DNA from: a virus
IMG/VR virus record: IMGVR_UViG_3300038393_001027
Location: 32,001 to 96,000 of that record
Reading direction: 5' to 3' (one strand)
DNA: 64,000 nt
The translations under genes were made by a program, and so were the position numbers. The notes under the pieces were generated by a model that did not search any database, was not told where the DNA came from, and saw only the letters and a program-made list of their open reading frames with translations. Shown piece after piece: positions 27,612 through 36,779 of the stretch; within the stretch, counting starts at the first letter, position 1, and each line of letters starts with the position of its first letter.

Positions 27612-28165
27612 GGCTGACTCTCCTCCTTGTTCCGGGGCTTCAGCTTTTCAAGGGCCATGTCCTTTAGACGCTGAATGCGCCAAACTAAGAGCACCTCCAG
27701 CGCCTTGTGACCGTACCACTTCATGTTGATCCACGTCTCAGCGATGCTGGCGGCCTCGAAGACGTTGTAGCCAATCACCAGCGCATCCCGGACCATGTGT
27801 CCTTGCCCGAGGGACATATCGATCTGATGCACAAGCCAGATCCAGCCCCACATGGCGGCCTTCTTCGACAGGCCTTTGATGCCGATGTCGCTCCGGAACG
27901 TTGGATAGTGCTTACCCCGCCCCATCAGAGCGGCCAACACCCCAAACAGGAAGCCAACACTCTGCAACCGAATAAGAATTCCCATCTGGTTCGTTACCCC
28001 CCCTAGGTGGCGGTCCACTAATGAGAGGGCAAGCATTCCAGCACCGACGAACAGACCCCCAACGGTCTGCAACTTCGCTATAACGCCGGAAAATAGCTGG
28101 ATCTGCTCATCGGCGAACTCTGCAAGACCTGTCAGCAGTTGCATGATTGAAACTCCCCCTGCCAT
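27608..28165 (-). CDS. Holin (phage holin 4/toxin-secretion type)
   Basis: Several TM segments; S..G.KGL.KK..ID..RD..EAASIAE pattern. Confidence 0.75.
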   Translation of the reverse strand: MAGGVSIMQLLTGLAEFADEQIQLFSGVIAKLQTVGGLFVGAGMLALSLVDRHLGGVTNQMGILIRLQSVGFLFGVLAALMGRGKHYPTFRSDIGIKGLSKKAAMWGWIWLVHQIDMSLGQGHMVRDALVIGYNVFEAASIAETWINMKWYGHKALEVLLVWRIQRLKDMALEKLKPRNKEESQP

Positions 28166-28286
28166 GTGTCATGTGAATATTGGGGGTCAGGAGGAGGAAT
28201 TTTAGGTCACTAAGGACAATTTGGCCGTTTTCTCCGGAAAACCTTCTTGGGCGCTCAAAATCCTTGGCGGAGCACTATTTGAAGGG

Positions 28287-28327
28287 AAAAATAAGAGCAG
28301 ATGGAATTAAACTCCATCTGCTCTTAT
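28287..28327 (-). terminator. Intrinsic terminator at end of tail operon
   Basis: 15-bp stem ATAAGAGCAGATGGA/TCCATCTGCTCTTAT followed by U tract. Confidence 0.75.
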
Positions 28328-28330
28328 GTG

Positions 28331-29212
28331 TTAGGCAACGAGCTTGCGACCTACGTAAGCGACTGTGGCCGCGCTGGGCAGGTTCAAGCGAATGTAGTTG
28401 GTGTTATCGATGCGGTATGGTCCATAAGCGGACATAAACATGGAATTAGCACCCTGCACACCGTTCGCCATCGTATATACAGACAGAGACGAGGGCGAGT
28501 CGGTATAAATCCCATCAATAATCCAGTCCTCACCAACGGGCGGGCGGATGTCGAAGTTGCCTGCACCAAGCGCTTGTGAGGCAAATACCCGTGAGCTAAG
28601 GAAGTCAGCTTCGTCAAACTCAAGTACGTACGCCGTCAAGGTTACTGTTGAACCTGAGTTATTTCGGATTGACAGCGGCTTATCGCGCCAACTCCACATA
28701 TCCATGCGGCCGTTGGCACTCGCACTCGAACCAAGCATGGCACCAAGATGTAAACCACCGCCGGAGTTCAGCCACGTAGTGCCGCCATTCAGTGAGATGT
28801 CTGCGACAAAATTCACTTGCGATGCGCCACTGTTATTAGCCAAATACAAAAAGCGCCACAGTTTATTTACAGGCGGCTGAAGTAGCAATCTACCGCCATT
28901 AACCACACTGGCCGAAGGACGTTGAGGGATATACGGTGCGGTTGATGTTGTAAACTTATGGCCTGACAAGTAGATCGCGGAAGTACCTGCAGGGGTGATG
29001 ATCAAAGGTACGGCACTGGTGAAGGCGGGTGCCAAGGTCGCTCGGGAACCTGCTGTAAGTTGTCCAAAACCTACAATACTTGCGATGCCTGTTGTACCCA
29101 GCGACACGTTGTTATTGTTAGATATGGCAGAGTTCAAGATCCAAACTTCATTAGCAGGGATCGTGGGTGTTACAGCAACAGACCCGTTAAACATATATTG
29201 CCATGTAGCCAT
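28331..29212 (-). CDS. Putative receptor-binding/fibre-tip protein (low GC)
   Basis: MATWQY start behind GGAGGTG; beta-rich; follows tail fibre. Confidence 0.6.
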   Translation of the reverse strand: MATWQYMFNGSVAVTPTIPANEVWILNSAISNNNNVSLGTTGIASIVGFGQLTAGSRATLAPAFTSAVPLIITPAGTSAIYLSGHKFTTSTAPYIPQRPSASVVNGGRLLLQPPVNKLWRFLYLANNSGASQVNFVADISLNGGTTWLNSGGGLHLGAMLGSSASANGRMDMWSWRDKPLSIRNNSGSTVTLTAYVLEFDEADFLSSRVFASQALGAGNFDIRPPVGEDWIIDGIYTDSPSSLSVYTMANGVQGANSMFMSAYGPYRIDNTNYIRLNLPSAATVAYVGRKLVA

Positions 29213-29213
29213 A

Positions 29214-31676
29214 CTATGCACCTCCAATCTGCAGAGCGATGATCTTAGCTCGTGCATCAACCTGTGACTGGGTTAGGCCGGGCGATGACCAGTTTACCCC
29301 GTCTGAAGACGTTAGAATGGCACCTGTCGCCAGATCAAAGGTCACACGAGCGCCCACAACCACTCCAGCGGCTGTGATTTCAATGAAGCGCACAAGTGAC
29401 CCGCTGATCTCCAGTCGAAAGGACTTTGCCCCTGCTGTGGTGTCGATCACATCAAGCTGAGGTGCCGCCGCTGTGACAACATGGCCTGTAGCGGCGATCT
29501 CGCCAGTTGCATCACGCTGAACGATGGTGTTTGCCGTACCTGTCGTGCTGGGAGACTGCCCTCCAAGCTTAGCAGAGTCACCCACCCGGCCGTTGGGGTC
29601 TGTGACGGCTACGGAGTTGGCTGTTGTGCCGCCTGCAGAGGTTGCAGTGCGGTAGGTACCACCGGAGTCCTTCAGGGCGTTGGCCCGCCCAACGGCTCCG
29701 TTGGGGTCTGTGACGGCTACGGAGTTCGCTGTTGTGCCGCCTGCCGTCGTAGGTAGGAAGCCCCCCAGCGTCTTAGCGTCCTGCACGAGCTTACCAGCGC
29801 CGTCCAGTGTCGCCACACCACTGTTGGAGCCTTTATCTGTAGTCGGGATGTAGCTAAGCGGCGGGATTTGCGCCACTGGGATGAGCGATGAGCCATCCAG
29901 CGTTGCCACACCACTGGCGGCGCCCTTCTGGCTGGTCAGGATGTAGCTCGACAGGTCGCTCGTGCGTGCGATTCCTGCCGGAATCTGCGCATCTGGGATC
30001 TTCGTCGTGGCGTCCAGCGTCGCCACACCGCTGGCCGCGCCTTTGGCCGTGTTGGGTACATAGCTGGACAGATCGCTGACGCGGGCGATGGTGGTTGGGA
30101 TCTGCGCTACAGGAATGAGCGTTGATGCATCCAGCGTCGCTACACCGTTGGCGGCGCCCTTCTGCGCGGATGGGATGTAGCTGAGCGGTGGAATCTGCGC
30201 CACTGGGATGAGGGTGCTGGCATCCAGCGTCGCTACACCGTTGGCGGCACCCTTCTGAGTGGTTGGGACGTAGCTAGATAGGGCGGTCGTACGGGCAATT
30301 CCAGCCGGGATCTGCGCGTCCGGAATTAGCCCAGTCCCATCCAGTGTAGCCACACCATTTATGGCGCCGCGCTGGCTCGTTGGGACGTAGGCCAGCGTCG
30401 GAATCTGGGCAACTGGGATGAGGGCGCCCGCATCCAGCGTTGCTACACCGTTGGCGGCACCCTTCTGAGTGGTTGGGACGTAGCTGGACAACCCAGTCGT
30501 GCGCACGATGTTGGCGGGAATCTGGGTGTCAGGGATCAGTCCAGATCCGTCCAGAGAGGCAACACCGTTGACAGCGCCCCGCTGTGCCGTTGTCAGGTAG
30601 CTTCCCAGCGCCGTGGTAAGCTCCGAGTCGGTCACATAGGCGGCAGGAATCTGGCTGGTCGGGATCAAACCAGACCCATCCAGCGACGCAACACCGTTGA
30701 CTGCACCGCGCTGGCTGGTCGGGATGTAGCTGAGGGCCGGAATCTGCGCCACTGGGATCTTCGTCGTCGCATCCAGCGTCGCCACGCCGTTAGCGACGCC
30801 CTTATCACTGGTCGGGACGTAGTTCATGGCGGGCAACTGGGCCGAAGGCACCTTACCCGTGCCGTCCAGCGTCGCCACGCCGTTAGCGGCGCCCTTGGCG
30901 GTCGCTAACACGAACCGGGCGTCCAATTCGGGCATCGTGCCATCCTGCTTGACCGAAAGGAGGGTTGTCCCAGCAAAGTTCTGCACGTCGATGATCTTGT
31001 CAGTCGTCAACAAATCCCCGATCGGTCTCACAACGAGACCGGGCGCCCGGTGCGCTACATAGGGCCGGGCCTTGGCGATGTTGACGTCCGGGATGGTCGT
31101 GGCGTTGGCGGGAACCGTAATCACAGCCAGCTTCTGATAGCCAGCAGGCAGAGAAGGTTCAGCAGGAACAGCGGCCGCCACACCGTGCACAACCGTGATG
31201 CTAAAGTGGTTTTGCTTCCGGGTCGCAACGCTCTGGGTGTAGGACGTGCTTGTGCCCGTGTTCCAGAACGTCCGGCTCGCCACATCAGTATCCTGTGTGG
31301 CGAACTTGATACCAACCACGGTCTTGCGCGGGTTGGTAGCGTTGGCGGCCTGACCAGTACCCCAGATGCCAGCGCCTTGGTTCTCAGTGCCGGACAGGAT
31401 GTTGAGGGTCTGGTCGGCCGTCACTTCGATCAAACCCAGATTCACACCGTCGATGGCGGCGCCCGCCTTCAGGGCCACGGTGGCGGCACCGGACCCCAGC
31501 ACGTTCAAACCCCAGAGGGGCTGGAAGACGTTCGTCGTCCCATTCTGCACAGCACCGCCGAGGGCGATGAGGCCAACAGTCGTGTTGGAAAGGGCGAGCG
31601 TTTCACCTGCGGTCAGGTCACCTACAGTGATCTGCTCCAGATCAGAGAAGGCGATCACCTTTTGATTCCCGGCCAT
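29214..31676 (-). CDS. Tail fibre protein
   Basis: Follows baseplate genes; 11 GVA[T/S]LD repeats. Confidence 0.8.
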   Translation of the reverse strand: MAGNQKVIAFSDLEQITVGDLTAGETLALSNTTVGLIALGGAVQNGTTNVFQPLWGLNVLGSGAATVALKAGAAIDGVNLGLIEVTADQTLNILSGTENQGAGIWGTGQAANATNPRKTVVGIKFATQDTDVASRTFWNTGTSTSYTQSVATRKQNHFSITVVHGVAAAVPAEPSLPAGYQKLAVITVPANATTIPDVNIAKARPYVAHRAPGLVVRPIGDLLTTDKIIDVQNFAGTTLLSVKQDGTMPELDARFVLATAKGAANGVATLDGTGKVPSAQLPAMNYVPTSDKGVANGVATLDATTKIPVAQIPALSYIPTSQRGAVNGVASLDGSGLIPTSQIPAAYVTDSELTTALGSYLTTAQRGAVNGVASLDGSGLIPDTQIPANIVRTTGLSSYVPTTQKGAANGVATLDAGALIPVAQIPTLAYVPTSQRGAINGVATLDGTGLIPDAQIPAGIARTTALSSYVPTTQKGAANGVATLDASTLIPVAQIPPLSYIPSAQKGAANGVATLDASTLIPVAQIPTTIARVSDLSSYVPNTAKGAASGVATLDATTKIPDAQIPAGIARTSDLSSYILTSQKGAASGVATLDGSSLIPVAQIPPLSYIPTTDKGSNSGVATLDGAGKLVQDAKTLGGFLPTTAGGTTANSVAVTDPNGAVGRANALKDSGGTYRTATSAGGTTANSVAVTDPNGRVGDSAKLGGQSPSTTGTANTIVQRDATGEIAATGHVVTAAAPQLDVIDTTAGAKSFRLEISGSLVRFIEITAAGVVVGARVTFDLATGAILTSSDGVNWSSPGLTQSQVDARAKIIALQIGGA
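29790..30900 (-). repeat. Intragenic repeats encoding [K/R]GxxxGVA[T/S]LD units
   Basis: 11 units counted in the translation; DNA similarity visible. Confidence 0.85.
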
Positions 31677-31689
31677 TCATATTCACCCC

Positions 31690-32292
31690 TTACTGCTTCT
31701 GGTAGACGACGCGGGTACCCGCGAGCTTCGTCTCTTCGGTGATCTCCCGCACAAGGCTGTCGATCGTACCAAGAGCGCTGATGACCGGGGCGATGAAGCC
31801 TTGATTGGCCTGCCCTAAGTAGGTCTTGCCTACGAAGAGGCCGTTTGAGTTGGCGGAATCACCTTGGTAAGAAAGCTTGATCAGGAAAGAGTTCTGGAAG
31901 TCGTTGTACGCGCCTACCGTATAATCCTTGTCAACGGCGGTTCCGACTCCGTACTCCGTCACCGTTGCGTTGTTGGCAACTCCCTGTAGGGCCTTTACGA
32001 TGGCCCCGGCCGTTGTCCGGGGGAGCATGACCGTTCGGGCGATGCGTCGTGCATAGCTGGCGTCAGTCTCAGTCGTACCCAGCCGTTTCACATTCAAGAG
32101 GTAACCCCAGAAGGTTAGGTAAATGCCCCGGCTGGTTAGCACATTTACCTGCTGGACGGCGGCGATGAAGTCTTCATCGAAGTCCCCCAGCACCCGTGCG
32201 CAAGCCGCGAGAAGAGCATACAGGACGCCCCCTACTGCAGGCTTATAAACACGTGGCAGAAGTGCCTGCAGGCGCTCGAAAAATGTAGGCAC
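31690..32292 (-). CDS. Baseplate wedge/tail protein
   Basis: Follows baseplate J; G.YL..WG..R..ETD..Y.RRI pattern, K.AG near C-terminus. Confidence 0.75.
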   Translation of the reverse strand: MPTFFERLQALLPRVYKPAVGGVLYALLAACARVLGDFDEDFIAAVQQVNVLTSRGIYLTFWGYLLNVKRLGTTETDASYARRIARTVMLPRTTAGAIVKALQGVANNATVTEYGVGTAVDKDYTVGAYNDFQNSFLIKLSYQGDSANSNGLFVGKTYLGQANQGFIAPVISALGTIDSLVREITEETKLAGTRVVYQKQ

Positions 32293-32307
32293 GGCGTCTT
32301 CACCACC

Positions 32308-33759
32308 TTAGTTCGTGACCAGAACAGTCACGATGCCGGGACGAACAATCTCGCCGCTTGAGGTAAGAATGTCCGTGATTGGCGTCGTCAAGGTCACATT
32401 TTGAACAGCACCACGGCTAACACGGATGATCTCCGCTTTCAGCATCTCGGTGTACAGGTTCTCACCCAGCATGAAGGCGTTCAGGTAGTCAGTGACGCCT
32501 GCTTCGAGGGCATCAGCAGTCTGACCTTTGTCGTAGCCCTCCGCAACCACCACGTTGGCGGTCACGTTAATAGCCCGAATGCTGGGCGCCCGCACGTTGA
32601 CACTGATGCCGTGGCCCCGGTAGTCAGTCAGAGCGGTTTGTACCGCGCTCTTGAGGGTGGCGTCAGCCGTGGCGTTCACGTCTTGGATGTAAAGATCCAC
32701 CCAGCCCGGCACAGGCGGGGCGAACAGGTGGTAGGCCTTGGGGACGATCGTGAAAGTGGTCGTCAGACGGTACCGCGCCCAGAAGCAAAAGACGTTGTTG
32801 ACCTTGTTGGCCGCCCAGTCGCCGGGCACCGTGATGATCAGAGCGCCCGAAGTGGTGAACTTGGTCGTGTTGTCCGTGACCGTCAAAGCGGCCCAAGTGG
32901 TGCCGTTGTAGTACTCCCACACACCAGCCCCGCCTGTGCTGGCCTGCTGAATCTGAAACCAGATCATGTTGAACTTGCTCAGTGCGCCAACGTAGAGTGC
33001 CTCACCGACACTTGTAGCGGCGATGTCCACGCCCGTTCCAAATGGCAGGTTGCACTCCCCAGAGACGTCCTGATAGGACCCTGCGCCGCTGATGAGGACC
33101 GTCAGGGCTGGGTTTTCGACCACTTCAGCCGCCACGACACCGGGTACCTGCATGGCCGCCAGCTTCAGGGCGGCTGGGGTGCCTCGGCTGAATCCGGCCA
33201 CATAGTCCTGAAAGCGCTTTTGTCGTTGCTCGCGGGTCTCAGTGTCCTTACCGTTGATGACCGCCGCTGTGTTGGTCACCGCCTCAATTCCAGCAGGCTT
33301 CATCTTTAGCACACTGATGGCGCCCGCCTGTACGTTGTACTTTCCACCCACAGCGACGGCCGTTGCCGTGGCTGTGATGCTGGTCGTACCAATCGCAAGG
33401 GTGACCGTGCTGTCAGTTTCGAACAGTACATCGTCGCTGGTTCCGATCAGGGTCCCGGCGGCGATGACGTAGTTCTGGGTGGCGTTGGTGCTCCGGCTGA
33501 ACGTGACCGAAGTCGTCGCCTTGCGGCCCGGATCGGCTGGGAAGTTGAAGGCGTTGTAGATGGCGTCCTCGATGGCATCCTTAATGGCCTTGTGGACTTT
33601 GTGGTAGAGGGTCGCCACAACGCCGCTTACTGCCCGCAGGATGCTCCGAGTACTGGATCCTTCGGTGAAGTCGTTGATCTTGTCGGTGTTGCCGGAAACC
33701 GTGTCTACCATGGTTTGCAGTAGCTCAGCTTCCGTCTGCGGCTTAAAATCCATCATCAT
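32308..33759 (-). CDS. Baseplate J-like protein
   Basis: DFTEGS, G.D.ET..R, RGT..A..VPGV motifs. Confidence 0.88.
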   Translation of the reverse strand: MMMDFKPQTEAELLQTMVDTVSGNTDKINDFTEGSSTRSILRAVSGVVATLYHKVHKAIKDAIEDAIYNAFNFPADPGRKATTSVTFSRSTNATQNYVIAAGTLIGTSDDVLFETDSTVTLAIGTTSITATATAVAVGGKYNVQAGAISVLKMKPAGIEAVTNTAAVINGKDTETREQRQKRFQDYVAGFSRGTPAALKLAAMQVPGVVAAEVVENPALTVLISGAGSYQDVSGECNLPFGTGVDIAATSVGEALYVGALSKFNMIWFQIQQASTGGAGVWEYYNGTTWAALTVTDNTTKFTTSGALIITVPGDWAANKVNNVFCFWARYRLTTTFTIVPKAYHLFAPPVPGWVDLYIQDVNATADATLKSAVQTALTDYRGHGISVNVRAPSIRAINVTANVVVAEGYDKGQTADALEAGVTDYLNAFMLGENLYTEMLKAEIIRVSRGAVQNVTLTTPITDILTSSGEIVRPGIVTVLVTN

Positions 33760-33768
33760 GTCACCTCC

Positions 33769-35313
33769 TTAAATAGAGAAGCGGAGTGCGTCGGGTTCAT
33801 CCCGCCCTACCAAGGTGACAAGAGCCTCAACTTCGAGCACTGTTCCTGTCTGGGTAAGGGCTGTGACCTGCGCTGAGGCAACACGTGGGTCGGCCTGCAG
33901 GGTGTTGATGATCTCCAGTTCGATCAGCTTCGTGATGAATGGGAGATTCTTTCCTACATAGCTGTCCAAATTTGAGCCATAGGTAGGGTGCTGTGGGATC
34001 TCGCCCTTTGCCGTCGCCAGCCGATTCTGAAGCGCCTGCGCGATGTTGGCAAGACCAGCACAAGTGGCGATGTCAGCGTTGGCAAGCAGATTCGCCCCCA
34101 ACTCGCCGTCATCCTGCAAGAACAGGTCACGGCCCCCCAACAGAATGAGATAATCGTCCTCGTTCTGCATGATGGTCACGGCGTCATCAATCGGAATGAC
34201 GATCGTCTCACCAACGAGCTTAACCGCCCAGATGCGGCCGTTCGTGAGGTCATCGGGGTTTGTCACCATGTCGATGATGGTAGCTGTGAAGGCATTGATG
34301 ACCACATCGACCTTGATAAAGTCGGTATAGATCGTGCTGGCGATGGTGCCGTTGCTGGGGTACGTGGCATGGGCGAGGAGGTGAACGAAGCCGTTAGCGT
34401 CGATGTAGTCCGTGATGGGCAACGGGGCGAACGAGAGCGACGACGCCGCCGATGTCGAGTTGGACCAGTTGCGAGTCCACGCGCTCACAGACGCCTTCCA
34501 AGCACCCAACGTCGCTCCGTTCGTACTCACCCCGCCGTTGCTACCAACGCCGTAGCCCACCCACGTTACGGTAATCGACTTCAGCGCCGCCTTCAACTCC
34601 GTCGCCGTCCACGACTTGGGGATCAGGCCCCGGTTCTTCAGGTCGTTGAGGAGGTCGAAGGAGTAAATATAGCTGGAAAAGGACCCACTGGATGTGGTTC
34701 CAGCGTTACCGTCGTTACTACCGTCTTGCACGCTTAGAGCGTTATAGCCAGATTGCGGCTCTTCTGTGCCTGCGCCCGGTGCAGGTGGGGATGCTGTCCA
34801 GTAGGCACGCCTTGCCACATGTGGCACATCGGACGTCTGCCCCGCAGTCTTCCCTGCGAACGTCATCGACGGTGCCACCGTCTCCGGGTAGGTCTTCACA
34901 AGTGGGATGGGCAGAACCGTGATCATGTCAGCGGCCACGTTGCCAAAGGTACCTGCGTCAAGGCAGGTCACTCCAGCGTTGACACTGCTCGCACCACTCG
35001 TCAACGTAACGGTTGTGTCCGTCGTGTAACGGCGCTGGATGCCGAAGGGATCAACGGGCGTTGCGACAATCGTCCCTGCCGGGATGTCAAAAGAGCCGGG
35101 CACGCCAGTCTTGCGAGTGAAGGTCACAGTGCCGCTGGCCGGAATCTCCCGCTGGAAATTGACGTCTTCAGGCACGAAATAGGGCGCCTCAAGCTGGTTC
35201 GCATCGACGATGCGCGGCCAGAGCGCGGCGTCCCGGTACATCGCAAGGGCGATGCGCTGTGGGGTATCCCCCTGCTGAACACGGTACTCCTTGAAAGAGG
35301 CCATCGGGGACAC
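33769..35313 (-). CDS. LysM-domain baseplate protein with C-terminal gp25/W-like domain
   Basis: YRVQQGDT..IA..W..I..AN LysM; C-terminal RL.T.KGE..HP.YGS..DPRV. Confidence 0.8.
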   Translation of the reverse strand: MSPMASFKEYRVQQGDTPQRIALAMYRDAALWPRIVDANQLEAPYFVPEDVNFQREIPASGTVTFTRKTGVPGSFDIPAGTIVATPVDPFGIQRRYTTDTTVTLTSGASSVNAGVTCLDAGTFGNVAADMITVLPIPLVKTYPETVAPSMTFAGKTAGQTSDVPHVARRAYWTASPPAPGAGTEEPQSGYNALSVQDGSNDGNAGTTSSGSFSSYIYSFDLLNDLKNRGLIPKSWTATELKAALKSITVTWVGYGVGSNGGVSTNGATLGAWKASVSAWTRNWSNSTSAASSLSFAPLPITDYIDANGFVHLLAHATYPSNGTIASTIYTDFIKVDVVINAFTATIIDMVTNPDDLTNGRIWAVKLVGETIVIPIDDAVTIMQNEDDYLILLGGRDLFLQDDGELGANLLANADIATCAGLANIAQALQNRLATAKGEIPQHPTYGSNLDSYVGKNLPFITKLIELEIINTLQADPRVASAQVTALTQTGTVLEVEALVTLVGRDEPDALRFSI

Positions 35314-35319
35314 CCCCAG

Positions 35320-36342
35320 CTACATGATGGTGCGGAACAGATTCACATAGGGCTGGAGAATACCAGTAGCCTGCACAGCGTCCTGCAAGAAGCTGATGAA
35401 GCTGATAGGCTTTACCTGAAGATTCTCCAGTGCTGTTAGAAGGCTTCGACAGGCTGAAATTAAATCCTGCGCGGCAGTCAGCCGCAAGTTGATCGTGGCG
35501 TTCGCCCCATCCAGATAAGGCTTCAGGGCGCCCAGCAACTGGTCCTGCAGGACCAGTACGGACTGCATCTGGCTGTTCAGGGCGTTTGTACCGGGGTAGT
35601 TCGTCTCGTTGAAGAGTTCGGGCTGGGTCACGTTGTCCACATGGGCGGCTACGGTGGTACTGGTAGAGCGCCACGTCGCCCGCCATGCCGTTAGGGTTGC
35701 AAACCGGGCGCCCAGTTCAGACCGCAGTAGCTGATTGGCCGTCAGCAGGTCATCGTAGGCACGCTTCACCTGCATCCCGGCGTTCTGCTGGGTAGACGTG
35801 ATGGGATCTCGCTGAGCCAACGTCGCCGCATGGTTTTGCGCCTCAGCCGTGCTGACGGGCGCATCCAGCTTACGCAGACCTAGAAGGCGGATGGTGTACC
35901 GATAGAGGAGAGGTTTGGACACGTTCCGCTGAAGATCGAACTGAGTTGGGAAGACCTCCCAAAACTCAGCATCTTCCCACTGGTAGAGGAACATCTGCCA
36001 GTGATCGTCGCCCAGCGGCCCGTCACTGAAGAACTTCCGGAAGACTTCCCGGCGCAGGGTATGGAAGCGCTCGTAGCCGTCCACCTGACCGCCGCCGGGT
36101 AAAGTCTTCACGTTGAAGCCAGTCGTACCGCTGAAGCTGATCTCAGGCAACCCCAGCCCAAACTTATTGACGTAGGCCGATGTAAGCGTCTGCGTGACGG
36201 GCGCCCGTGGCTTCTCGGACTGTGTGAGGTCTTCAGGATTCAAGATGAAGGTGTAGAAGCTCACAAAAGCCCCGTTCTTGCGCAGTTCGATGGAGATATG
36301 GCGGATGGCACGCGCGGCTTCGGACTGGGCGCTTTGCGGCAT
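35320..36342 (-). CDS. Tail/baseplate protein
   Basis: F.LNPE..QT..FG.G..I..SGTTGF..R..PLLYRY pattern; position. Confidence 0.7.
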   Translation of the reverse strand: MPQSAQSEAARAIRHISIELRKNGAFVSFYTFILNPEDLTQSEKPRAPVTQTLTSAYVNKFGLGLPEISFSGTTGFNVKTLPGGGQVDGYERFHTLRREVFRKFFSDGPLGDDHWQMFLYQWEDAEFWEVFPTQFDLQRNVSKPLLYRYTIRLLGLRKLDAPVSTAEAQNHAATLAQRDPITSTQQNAGMQVKRAYDDLLTANQLLRSELGARFATLTAWRATWRSTSTTVAAHVDNVTQPELFNETNYPGTNALNSQMQSVLVLQDQLLGALKPYLDGANATINLRLTAAQDLISACRSLLTALENLQVKPISFISFLQDAVQATGILQPYVNLFRTIM

Positions 36343-36355
36343 CTGGGGTCACCTC

Positions 36356-36775
36356 CTAGCTGTACAAAATGGATCCGCCGGGACCGGGGATCAGCCGGAT
36401 GTTCCCGGCGGCGTCCATGATGATCTGGGCACCGCTGGTGGGATGCTTAACCGTCAGGGTGTTGCTCTCCCACTGCGTGAAGTCAGCCAGCCCCAGCGCC
36501 GGACCCCAGCCCATGACGGGTCCCAAGACAACTGGACTGTCCTTCACCCCGTCGATGAAGCCTACGACGACGTGTTGGCCTTCCTTATAGGGACATGCCG
36601 TCCCGGCCCCCATGACCAGCGCCGGGTTTGGTACTGACCCGTCAGCGGTTTTGACTTCAATCCGCTTGGTCAGGGCGAAGTCGCTCGTAGAGGTGACCCG
36701 ACACAGCTTCAGGTCCCGCGCCATGGGTGACTGAAGCGGTCGGGGATATCCAAGCCCACTTTGTGGTGTGAACAC
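36356..36775 (-). CDS. Baseplate spike-like protein (OB-fold)
   Basis: P..G..VVVGFIDG..PVVLG; H.SG..I..D..GNI. Confidence 0.65.
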   Translation of the reverse strand: MFTPQSGLGYPRPLQSPMARDLKLCRVTSTSDFALTKRIEVKTADGSVPNPALVMGAGTACPYKEGQHVVVGFIDGVKDSPVVLGPVMGWGPALGLADFTQWESNTLTVKHPTSGAQIIMDAAGNIRLIPGPGGSILYS

Positions 36776-36779
36776 AGTA

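Noticed and set aside
28331-31676. Diversity-generating retroelement or invertible tail-fibre switch
   Set aside because: No reverse transcriptase, invertase or template/variable repeat pair seen
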